A DNA stretch of 64,000 nucleotides from Antechinus flavipes (Eukaryota). Under the pieces are notes generated by a model that ran no database searches, was not told the DNA's origin, and was given only the letters and a program-made list of their open reading frames with translations. Shown here piece after piece: positions 1-20,006 of the stretch. Numbering within the stretch: the first letter of the stretch is position 1; each line of letters begins with the position of its first letter. Position numbers and translations under genes: made by a program. Location of the stretch: the NCBI RefSeq assembly GCF_016432865.1, contig NC_067400.1, positions 629,424,001 to 629,488,000 of the forward strand, in the 5' to 3' direction.

Positions 1-444
1 TCAGGGCAGTCGATGCTTTGCTCCCCGCCTCAGGCGGCCGGGGGGCTGCCAGCCCCACCCCTCCTTGCTCTCCCAGATTCTGCCTTCCTCTGTCTGGGAG
101 GCCTCATGATGAATTGGAAGGCTTTGTAGAAGTCAGGGCACCTGCCATGGCTGACTTGGGAGAAGTGACCTCAGGGGCAGACCGGGAGCCTAGATACCAG
201 GGTTCAGATCTCATCTCGGGGACTTTGGGATTTTAGGGTCAAGCCCCATAAACTCAGTCGTCATCTGTAAATGGGGGCAAGACTCCTTCCCCAGAATCCT
301 GACAGCACGTCGGGTGGGAGAGACGGGGATGGGCGGCGGAGAGAGCCGAGCCATCCTCTCGGGATCCCGGGGGAGGGAGCGGTGAGGGACCCATTTATCC
401 TAGGTGAGGGAGGGGTGAAATCACAGTTGTGGCCGTTGAGGTGA

Positions 445-858
<414 letters not shown>

Positions 859-1445
859 TCCCAATTCCTGTCCCCAGATTCTCCCAGAGCCAGCTGCCAT
901 CTGTCACCTGCCTTCTGTCCCCTCCGTCCTGCATCCTCAGCCTCGAGGCTCTTGGGCCTGGATGCCCAAGGCAGCTGGGGCCTATCCCCGTCCGTTGGTG
1001 GAGAGATCCCACATGGACCATCACGTTTCTCCCGCCTGGACCCACCCCCTCACCCCCCAGCTGTTAGCCTTCAGGTGCTGCCTCCTCTTCCCATTTGGCT
1101 GCTTCAAGCGGCCCCTCCGGCTCCCACTCCATGACTCTGCTTCCCCTCGAAGCGGGTTTTTCAAGCGACAATCCTGTTCCCTGTGCTCTTGAGGTGTCCT
1201 CCAGAGGCAGCGGCTGGCTCGTGTCCTACGCTCTCACGGGGCTCCTGTCCACCCCTTCTCACCAGGGAACCCCTTATGGCCCAAAATGGTTCTTCTGTCC
1301 CAGGACCGATAGGTCATTTACCACTGTACCTTGCCCGCCCGGGCCCCTTAATGGTGGCCCTCAAGGAGCCCCACAAAGGCCCAGATCTTGGGTGGGATTC
1401 TGCCCCTCCCTTTCCTCCCTTCAGCACCCTCTCCCCCAGCAAGGA

Positions 1446-1466
1446 TGTGTGTGTGTGTGTGTGTGT
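1446..1466. repeat. (TG)n microsatellite in the CCDC106 3' UTR
   Basis: About 10 TG units. Confidence 0.9.
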
Positions 1467-1984
1467 CCCCGCATAAGCGGTGCGTTTATATGATGTTCCA
1501 GGGGGTGAGGGTGGGTCTTGCTGGCTCCTCTCGGGGAGCCAGTGTATCTGTATGTATATATTATCTTCCATGCTATCAGCCTCAGTTTCCCAACCCCGCG
1601 GCCCTGGTTTGCGTTCCTTGATTCCGAATCGGATCTCCTCGTCCCAAACGCAAGCTGAGATGCCAGGGCGTTCTGCAGGGGCTCCCCCAGTGGCCGGGCT
1701 CGGGTGCATTTAGAGTCCCGGCTTCTCCTCACTGCTCTGGCTAGGACTCCACTCTCCTCCCTTCCCTTCCCTAGCCCTGTTTCCTTCTGCGAGACCTTGG
1801 ATAAGTCCTTTCCACGCTGGGTCTCCGGGGCTTGGCCTCCCGCTCCCACTCCAAGCGCCCGGGGTGGGGGGGCAGCCCTCGCCCCTTCCCGGGAGGGGGC
1901 GGGGACCAAGAAGGGGGGCGCTCCCTCCCCGCAGCTCCCTGGGGCGCCCGGGATCAACAGAAATGAATTATTCACAGAGTTTAA

Positions 1985-1990
1985 ATTAAA
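1985..1990 (+). terminator. Candidate poly(A) signal (ATTAAA) of CCDC106; an alternative AATAAA is at 2257-2262
   Basis: Hexamer in an AT-rich patch about 1.1 kb after the stop codon. Confidence 0.45.
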
Positions 1991-3081
1991 AGTTAACCAG
2001 CAGATTTGGAATAACCTTGGCCTCGCTTCTGGCTCTTGGGGAGAAGGGCTGGGAGATTGGGGGGTGGGGGTGGCGTGGGGACCGGGCGGCGTGGAGCCGA
2101 GCTCTCAGGCCGTCTCCACTCCAGGTAGCGCCTGGCCGTCCGCGAGGCCATAGCGCAGGCGCCGCTCCAGCGGGTCCTTCGTTTCTAAGGCAACCGCAAA
2201 GGGAAGGAGAACGCGGTAACAGTCTTAACTGGCCCGGGACCAGTCGGCTTTAGAGGAATAAAGTGCGCGTGCGTACTGGCGAGTGAGGGCGGAGAGGAAG
2301 GAGGGGTAGCCTTCGCCCTCTCTCCCCATTGGTTAGCCCGGCTTTGCGCCAGCGCAGTAGCCCGGGGTCCCAGTTCACCAGCTCCAGCGCAGGCGTAACT
2401 TAGGTACGGCTCGACCTCGCGGGGCGGCCCGCACAGGCGCACAAAAGCCCCGCCCCCGGGCAGGCTCCACGGCGGCGCGGCATTCCGCGGCCTACCAGTC
2501 GGCGCCCTCGGTTCCTCTCGCGAGCCGCGCCCCAAGCCGGAAGCAATCGAAACGCAGAGAGCGGGGAGGCGGGAGTCGGAGGAGCGCCTCCGGAAAGAGC
2601 CGAAACCGGGCCCGAGCGCCTCCGGAAAAAGCCGAAAGCCGGAGGGGTCCGCGCGGTCGCAGGGGCCGGCAGGAGAATACGACGCGCTCGTCCGCGTTCG
2701 ATCTCCAGCGCAAACTCGAGCCTCTTCCGGCAGGGCCTGTGCGGCCTTGCGCGCCGCAACCGGAGAGGGCTCCTTTCGGCCAGAGCCCAGGAGCCGCTGA
2801 GGCAGAGGCCGCGCGCTCCGTTCGGCCGGGCGAAGCGGGGCGGGGGCCGGAAGCGGCCGAAGCGTTCCGGAAAAAGCCGAAGTGATTCGGACTCCTCCTC
2901 GAGCGAGCAGGAGGCGGGGCCGGGGGCGGAGCCTGAGTGGGGGCCGGAAGCGGGCGAGGCAGGCGCCGGAAGTGGGCGAGGCGGCGCCGAGGGCAGGCGA
3001 GGCAGGCCAGGCCGGGCCAGGCGGGGGGGACGGGACGGGGGAGAAGGCGCGAGCGCGGGCCGCGGCCGGCCGCCCCTCAGC

Positions 3082-12178
<9,097 letters not shown>

Positions 12179-12664
12179 AAGCAGCTGGGGAGGGGGCCGG
12201 GTCGGGGGCCGGAGCCGGCTGGGGGCCCCCCTCCCTTCCCCCTCCCTCGGCCTGCTAGGAGGAGGAAGAGGCCCCTCGGAGGCAGAAGGCGGAGGGGCTG
12301 AAGCTCGGGCAGGGGAGGGGCTGGGGTGCGGACACACAGACACACACACAGACACATACACACAGGGGGATGGGGGAGGGGGGAGGGCACTGGGGGGGGG
12401 TGGGCCCCCCTCCTCCCCTCGCGGTAGCAACATAGCGTGTTTATATTTTACGGCCAAAACTTTTTTCAATTTTGTTCTCCTGACCCTCGCCCCTCCGCCC
12501 CTCAGGACCACGAAGCCCTCCCCGCCCCTTCCCTCCCCGGGACCCGCCCCCTCCCCGTGATGGTTTCTTATGTAGTAGAGATGTTGTTTCTCTCCGCCCC
12601 GCCCCCTCCCCGCTGCCCCGCCCCCGCCCCGGCAGTTTCATATTTGCTAAAGACGAATTTGCTC

Positions 12665-12670
12665 ATTAAA
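12665..12670 (+). terminator. U2AF2 poly(A) signal ATTAAA
   Basis: ATTAAA followed by a U/GU-rich tract (cattttgttgtattttacttt), about 490 nt after the stop. Confidence 0.75.
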
Positions 12671-12899
12671 CATTTTGTTGTATTTTACTTTACTGCGCGT
12701 CTGATCTTGACTCGGGTCGGGGGGCGCGCGGGAGGGGGGGGAAGTGGGGTGGCCCTGGGCGGTTACTCCTGCGGGACCGCTGGGGGCCCGATCCCGAGGT
12801 GGGGAGGGTGATGGGAGGAGCCGGCCCCAGAGTCCCCAGGGACGCGGTCCTGGCCATTTCCGGGGCCGTGCGCAGTTCCCCGCGCGCTTTCCCGCTTCG

Positions 12900-13167
12900 C
12901 GTCTTGGGCCCGCCTGGTATCTCCCGGAAGCCTCGGCCCTCCGCCCCCTCCTCTAGCGCGGGTCGCTCTAGCTTCTCTCCTCTCGGTGGCTGGGGCGTGG
13001 ACAGGAAATGACGAGAAAGGGCCGCCCAGGCGGGCGGCCAGCTGAGGGAAGCCGGAAGCGGACGGGGCGCGACTTCCGCTTCCGGCCTCCCCTTCCCGGC
13101 CGCTTCCCTTGAGCTCGGCGGCGGCCCCCCGCCCCCTCCCGGGAGCCGGAGCCCGACGATCCCCGGG
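12900..13167 (+). promoter_or_regulatory. EPN1 CpG-island promoter and non-coding first exon (donor GTGAGC at 13168)
   Basis: Inverted ETS pair (ccggaagcgg near 13052 and ccgcttccgg 13077-13086), CpG-rich, ending in ccccggg|gtgagc. The TSS position is approximate. Confidence 0.65.
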
Positions 13168-14144
13168 GTGAGCGAGAGAAGGGGGCTGGCCGGGCCTGCC
13201 CTTCTCCGGACCTCGCCGGGCCCTCACCGGGTCCTCACGGCTCTGCTTCCCCCATGCCCGGGCCTCTCCCCCGAGGCTCCCTCCGGGTCTCTGTCTCTCC
13301 CCCATGTCTCTCCCAACCTCTCGCCTCTCTGGCTCCCCCGGTCTCTCTCCACCCCTGTTTTCTCTCCTCCACGTCTCCCTCATCTCTCCCGTGTCTTTCT
13401 CCGCGTCTCTCCTCTCTCTCCCCCGTGTCTCTGTCCCGATTCTCCGCCCAGCGTCTCTGCCCCGTATCTCTCTCCTGTGTCTCTCTCTGCTCCACGTCCC
13501 TCACACTCGCCTCCCCTTCCTCGAGCTCCTCTCATCTCTCGCCCCAGTGTCTCCTGCGTCTTCCCCAGGGCTCCCCTCCTGGCCGCGCTCCCGGTCCGGC
13601 ACCTCTCCGGGCAGCCTCCGGTGCTGAAGCTGGCGGGGCGGCCCCGGGGGGGGCGGCTGGAGTGGCTGGGGCCGCGCCGGGTGGGGGAGGGTAAGGGGCT
13701 CGGGGGGTGTCTTGTGCTGGGAGTGTGAGGGACCCCTCGGAAGCAGCCTCCGGTTCGGAGAGCTGGGGGCGTTTCCCGCCCGGCGGTTCTGCTCTGCGCA
13801 CGGCGGGGGCTCCGGAGAGAAGCTCTGCCAGCCGGGTACTCGTCTGCTTGTTTAGAAGCTTCATCAAGCGCCTGCCGTGTGCAAGGGACCCACGGGGGTC
13901 CGTGGTTCAGCCGGGGGGGGGGTTCCCAGGCGGTTTCCCCTTGATGTCTGCTGCCCCTCTGGGCGCTGTGAAGGGGCCGATCCGCTGAGGAGCCTCTGGA
14001 CCCGGCGTGACCCGGCCCCGCCTCAGCGCTTCTCTTGGCGTCTGCCCCCAGATGCGGTGACGGGCTCCCCCTGGTCGGAGCTGCCCCCCTTCCCTGGCCC
14101 CCCTCGCCTCCCTCGGCCCTGGGGGGCCCGGAGCGGCCGCCGTC

Positions 14145-17100
14145 ATGTCGACTTCCTCGCTCCGCCGGCAGATGAAGAACATCGTCCACAACTACTCGGA
14201 GGCCGAGATCAAGGTGCGGGAGGCCACCAGCAATGACCCCTGGGGGCCCTCGAGCTCCCTCATGTCCGAGATCGCCGACCTCACCTACAACGTGGTGGCC
14301 TTCTCGGAGATCATGAGCATGATCTGGAAGCGGCTCAACGACCACGGCAAGAACTGGAGGCACGTCTACAAGGTCAGCGGCGGCCCGGGGGGCGCGGGGG
14401 GGCGGGGCGGGGCCGGCCTCCTCACCCGCCTCCCTCCCCAGGCCATGACGCTCATGGAGTATCTGATCAAGACCGGCTCGGAGCGCGTGTCCCAGCAGTG
14501 CAAGGAGAACATGTACGCGGTGCAGACGCTCAAGGACTTCCAGTACGTGGACAGGGACGGCAAAGACCAGGGCGTCAACGTGCGCGAGAAGGCCAAGCAG
14601 CTGGTGGCGCTGCTGCGGGACGAGGACCGGCTGCGGGAGGAGCGCGCCCACGCCCTCAAGACCAAGGAGAAGCTGGCGCAGACGGCCACCGGTGAGGGCC
14701 GCCCGAGGGCGGGGGCAGGACCCCCTCTGAGGGTGGGGAAGGACCCCCTCGGGCGGGGGAAGGACCCTGGGGGGGGGGGAAGGACCCCCTCTGAGGGCAG
14801 GAGGAGGCCCCCCTCGGGACGGGGGAAGGACCCCCTGGGGCGGGGGAAGGACCCCCTCTGAGGGCAGGGGAAGGACCCCCTCGGGCAGGGGAAGGACCCT
14901 CTGGGTGGGGGGGGAAGGACCCCCTCGGGCGGGGGAAGGACCCCCTGGGGCAGGGGAAGGACCCCCTCGGGCGGGGGAAGGACCCCCGAAGGCAGGGGGA
15001 AGCCCCCATAGGGCTGGGGGGACGCCCCCTCTGAGGGCCGGGGGAGGCCGGCAGACGAGCCCCCTTGCCCCTGTCTCCTCAGCGTCCTCGGCGGCGGTGG
15101 GCTCGGGGGCGCCCCCCGAGGCGGAGCAGGCCTGGCCCCAGAGCAGCGGGGAGGAGGAACTGCAGCTGCAGCTGGCCCTGGCCATGAGCAAGGAGGAGGC
15201 CGACCAGGTAGCGGGGCGGGCGCCCGCCGGGGGGCAGTGCTGCACGGGGGCTCGGCCGCCTGTCCTCCATCTCGCCTCCCGGGGCCCCCGCCTCTCGGGC
15301 TGCTCTTGGTCCTGCCCCCCGTCCTCCTGGCCCCCCCTCACGTTCTCTCTCCCCACCCCGCCAGCCCCCACCCTGTGGCCCCGAGGATGACGTCCAGCTC
15401 CAGCTGGCCCTTAGTTTGAGCCGGGAGGAGCATGACAAGGTCAGAGCCGCACCCCCCCGTCCCCGGGCCCCGGCCCCCGTCTGGTTCATTCCACCTCCCT
15501 CTCATCTTCGTCTGCCGGTCCCCTTTAAGGGGAGAGGGTTCTTGGGAAGCGGGGAGGCGAGCGTGTGCTTGGGGGCCGCTCAGGAGCCCCCCCCCGCCGG
15601 CTGCTGACCTTTCCCCTCCCTCTCCCCCCACGCCCGCCCCCCAGGAGGAACGCATCCGTCGGGGCGACGACCTGAGGCTGCAGATGGCGATCGAGGAGAG
15701 CAAGAGGGAGACGGGGGGCCAGGAGGAGGTGAGGGGGCCTGGGGAGGGAGGGGCCTGTGAGGGGCGCAGCCCCCTCCCCCCACTTCTCTCACCTCTGACC
15801 TCTTCTCTCCCCAGTCATCTCTCATGGATCTGGCTGACGTCTTCACGGCCCCCGCCCCCCCACCCTCCTCTGATCCCTGGGGCGGCCCCGTCCTTGCAGC
15901 TGTCCCACCCTCAGACCCCTGGGGGGGGCCCCCAGGACCCCCCGTCCCTCCCTCAGCTGACCCCTGGGGGGGTCCGGCTCCCACCCCTGCATCTGGGGAC
16001 CCCTGGAGACCTGCCCCACCCCCTGGCCCTGCAGCCGACCCCTGGGGGGGCCCCCCAGCTCCCCCTGCTGGAGAGGGGGGAACCCCAGACCCCTGGGGGG
16101 GAGCCGATGGTAAGTTCTGGCTCCTCGAGCCCCTGTTCCCTTTTCTTCCGGTTACAGAATTTCCCCTTGGGGGGAGGAGGTTGTGGGGGGAGGGGGCCCC
16201 GGCCTAGTAGCTCCCTCCCCCTCCTCCCCCCAGTGCTGCCCCTTGGCACACTCCCCTGATCTTGTTCTCAGGCCCCGGCGGGGCCCCAGGCAGCGGCCCG
16301 GCCGCCACCACTGACCCGTGGGCACCAGCGCCAGCCTTCTCGGACCCCTGGGGGGGCTCCCCGGCCAAGCCCAGCACCAACGGCACCCCAGGTATCGGGC
16401 CCTGCTCGAGCGTCCCGGGGGGCCCTGGGGGGGGGGGGGCGGGCCCCTGCCGGCAGGCTCCAGCGTGCCCTCTGCCCCTGCAGTGACCGCGGCCTTCGAC
16501 GCGGAGCCCGACGAGTTCTCCGACTTTGACCGCCTCCGGACCACGCTGCCCGCCTCGGGCAGCAGCACGGGTGAGGTGGCGCCCCTGCCCCGGGGGCTCC
16601 GGGCGGGGAGGGCGCCGCGGGCCGGGCCTGACCCCCCTTCTCCCCGGTCTCTTGGATTCCGCCCCCCAGGGGAGCTGGAGCTTCTGGCCGGAGAGGTCCC
16701 CGCGCGGAGCCCCGGCGCGTTTGACCTCAGCGGGGTGGGGGGCTCCCTGGCGGAAGCCGTGGGGAGCCCCCCCCCGACGGTGCCGCAGGCCCCCACGCCC
16801 CCTACTCGGAAGACGCCGGAGTCGTTCCTGGGGCCCAATGCCGCCCTGGTGGACCTGGACTCTCTGGTGACGCGGCCGGGGCCGGCCCCCCCGGGACCCA
16901 AGGCCTCCAACCCCTTCCTGCCCACTGGTGAGTGAGGGAGGGTGGCGGCTCCCGGGGGTGTGTGGACCCGGCCCCCCCCAGCCCCCGCCTCCACCCTCCC
17001 TGACCCTCGCCCTGCTGTCTCCTCAGGAGCCCCCGGCACAACCACTGGCCCGTCCCTCACCAACCCTTTCCAGCCTCCACCTCCAGCCACACTCACTCTG

Positions 17101-17241
17101 AACCAGCTACGTCTCAGCCCCGTGCCCCCCGGTCCCGGGGCCCCGCCGGCCTTCATCTCGCCCCTGGGGGGGGGCCCTGGCCTGCCTCCCATGATGCCCC
17201 CGGGACCCCCGCCCCCCAACACTAACCCCTTCCTCCTATAA
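14145..17241 (+). CDS. EPN1: Epsin-1 (ENTH, 3 UIMs, clathrin boxes, 8 DPW, 3 NPF), 10 coding exons, 578 aa
   Basis: Exons 14145-14372 (exon starts at 14052), 14442-14691, 15083-15207, 15365-15439, 15645-15728, 15815-16109, 16272-16391, 16484-16570, 16670-16927, 17027-17241; 1737 nt, all GT-AG. Peptides MSTSSLRRQMKNIVHNYSEAE, EEELQLQLALAMSKEE, LMDLADV, FSDFDRLR, LVDLD, TNPFLL*. Confidence 0.98.
14711..15040. repeat. G-rich minisatellite in EPN1 intron 3 (about 21-24 bp unit ggggaaggaccccctcgggcgg / ...ctctgagggca)
   Basis: Roughly 13-14 imperfect tandem copies fill most of the intron. Confidence 0.9.
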
Positions 17242-17582
17242 CCGGGTGGGGGGGAGGGGGACGCCCACCTCCTCTCGCCCTCCAGGAGATCAGTATTGTG
17301 AGTGCATGTGAAAGGGGGGTCCCCTCCCTCCCCCTCCCCCCAGCCTCAGCCCCACCCTGACCCGGTCACACTACACCCTCTCCCCAGCCCCCTCCTGGGA
17401 CGGGAGGGGGGCTCGGCGGGCAGGGGGACCCTCTATCCGGAGGCATTAGATGGGGCCGGGGCACTCGGGCACCCCTCCCCGACTTCCTCCAGCCTCGAAT
17501 CCCTCCCCTCCAATCAGTGTTGGAGCCCTGATCTCCCCTCCCCCCAGTGACTGTCCCTGGTGATCACTCTTCTGACCTCTGT

Positions 17583-17588
17583 AATAAA
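17583..17588 (+). terminator. EPN1 poly(A) signal AATAAA
   Basis: Canonical hexamer about 340 nt after the stop. Confidence 0.85.
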
Positions 17589-17919
17589 TGACATTTCTGA
17601 TGGGCACCGGCCCCCGTGCCCGCTCTGTTCTCTGCCCTGGGCGCGGCCGCAGGCCACCTTTCCCTTCCTGGGGGACTTTGGAGCCGCGGCCCCGCCTCTG
17701 CCGGGCCTTGGGGCAGGAGGAGGGCGGTGGCCCTGCCCCCCCTGCCCAGCCTTGGGGAAGGAGGAGGGGGCCCTGGCACAGGCCGAGCGCCCCCCCCCCC
17801 CAGATGGCCTCAGCCCCTGAGGAGCGTGACCCCCGGGAGACGCCCCCGCCCCGATGCCTCGGGACACTTGTCTGACTCGGGACTGATTTGGGGGTTTTCT
17901 GGGCAAAGGTGCTGGAGGG

Positions 17920-18040
17920 GCTGGCCGTCTGCTCCCTCATTTTGCAGATAAGGAAACTGAGGCAAACGGGAAGCATTTGTTGCCCAGCCTGACCCAGCTC
18001 ACAAGTGTCTGGGGTCAGATCTGAACTCGGGGCGTCCTCA
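17920..18040 (-). mobile_element. MIR/CORE-SINE remnant
   Basis: CORE motif tttgcagataaggaaactgaggca followed by gtctggggtcagatctgaactc. Confidence 0.7.
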
Positions 18041-19028
18041 CTGCAGCCCCGGCTGGAGGCCCTCGCTGCCTCCCAAGGGAGGTGGGGGCCCGGCTGCCAA
18101 CAGCCTTGCCCCGGGCGGGCTCCAGAAAGCTGTGGGAGCCCTCGCTGGGGGCCCTGGGGGGCTCTGGGCCACCCACAGGAAGCCTCAGCAGCAGGAGGCC
18201 GGGGGCTCTGGCTTGGGTGGTCAGGGAGCGGGGCTCGTGGGGGACAGCCGGGTCGGCTCCTGTGGGCGCGGGCTGGGGGGAGGCCCCGGAGGAGGCTCCT
18301 TTGCTTCGTTTGCTTCACCCTCCCAGAGGAGGGGGGGGGAGGAGAGGAGGAGGAGGACGGCGAGCCCCCTGGCCCATTCTAACCACCAGCGGCTCTGGGA
18401 TGCCCACACGCTCCGTCCCTTGGGCTGGAGCACCACCTAGTGGCGGGCCTGAGCATGGCTCCCTGAGACCGGGTGCTCCCTGAGGCTGGCAGAGAATTCT
18501 GGGCACCGAGTGCCAGCACACGAGTCAGGGAGAAGATGGAAGAGCAGCCTCGGGGTCCTTCAGTCCTGCCTCGGTGGCTTCAGCTGTAAAATGGGGATTA
18601 TGAGGGCTCTTTGCCCACGTTAGGGATGATCCAGCAGGGTGATACTTGGAAAGCCCCGGACACCTGCGAGGTGCCCGGTGCCCGCCCCCTTCCTTGCCCT
18701 GGCTTCCACTTCCCGAGGGAAACAGGGCTGGTCTCTAAGCCCTCCCCAGCTCCATTCGTCCCTGGGAGCAGAAAGAGGCCTCGGAGAAAGCTCGGGCTTT
18801 AAACCCCAAACTGCTCTGAGACGGGACGCGGGACAATTCCCGGCTCCGAGACAAGTTTCTTCATCTGTAAAGGGGGGAAACTCAGCAAAGCCTAAGCCTG
18901 AAGCGCTTTAGTTTGGCACCTGTGTGCGCCAGTACTGCCCACGGCCAAGAGGTGATGGTGGCCGCGGGGGTCGAGGACCAGCGCTCCGCCCTCCAGCTCC
19001 GGGCCCACGGCCCCTTCTCATCTCCACC

Positions 19029-19337
19029 CCGGCCCCTCCCTCACCTCCTAGGCCCCCAGGCCCGGCTCCTCCCTCACCCCCCAGGCCCGGCCCCTCCCTC
19101 ACCCCCCAGGCCCGGCCCCTCCCTCACCTCCGAGGCCCCCAGGCCCGGCCCCTCCCTCACCTCCGAGGCCCCCAGGCCCGGCCCCTCCCTCACCCCCCAG
19201 GCCCGGCCCCTCCCTCACCTCCGAGGCCTCCCAGGCCCGGCCCCTCCCTCACCTCCGAGGCCCCCAGGCCCGGCTCCTCCCTCACCCCCCAGGCCCGGCC
19301 CCTCCCTCACCTCCGAGGCCCCCAGGCCCGGCCCTCT
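19029..19337. repeat. C-rich minisatellite (24/33 bp units, caggcccggcccctccctcacc[tccgaggc]ccc)
   Basis: About 10 tandem copies. Confidence 0.9.
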
Positions 19338-20006
19338 CCATCTCGGAGACTGCTTCGGGGCAGCTCCCCAGGGCCGCCTCTTGCCCACACTCCCACATCA
19401 GGCTGGGGACCGAGTCTCTCCGCAGATGCGGTGGCTCCGACCCATCCTGTCCCGGGGATGAAACGAGCGCCTCGAGGGAAGCAGCGTCCCCGGCTGTGCC
19501 GGCCCCCTGGTCCTGCTCCGGGCCCAGCGCGGCCATTCTGGGCCAGAAGCCCCGGCCCCCTCCAGTCCCTCACGCTTTCCCAGGCGCCCGAGGCCTTGAC
19601 CTTCCCCGGGCAGGGGTTCTCCTGCCTTCGGCCCCCCACGCTCCGCTCTGGGCCGGGCGTCTCCCCGCTGCCGGGGCCTCATGCTCCGAGCCCCCATCGC
19701 CGGCTCAGAACGCCCCCCCCCCCCTCCCCGCCTCCGGCTCCAGCATCCCCCGGGACCTTGTGCTTCCCCTTCCTCTGGGAGTGCAGTGGCCGGCTCGGTC
19801 CGGCCCATCTCCGCTGTCCGCCAAGTGGTTTCCAGCAGACACGGGGGCGAGGCCCCCCCCCCCCCAGCTTCCAGCCTCTTCAGATGGCTCGTTTCCCACA
19901 CCCCGGGCTCCTCCACGGAGCCGCCACAGGGAGAACCTGGATCTCGCCGCCCCCTCCCAGCAAATGCGCTACTTCCATGTTCCTCATCCCGCCCCCCCCC
20001 ACCTGC

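Noticed and set aside
13380-15371. 663-aa minus-strand ORF
   Set aside because: Antisense shadow of high-GC3 EPN1 exons plus the VNTR.
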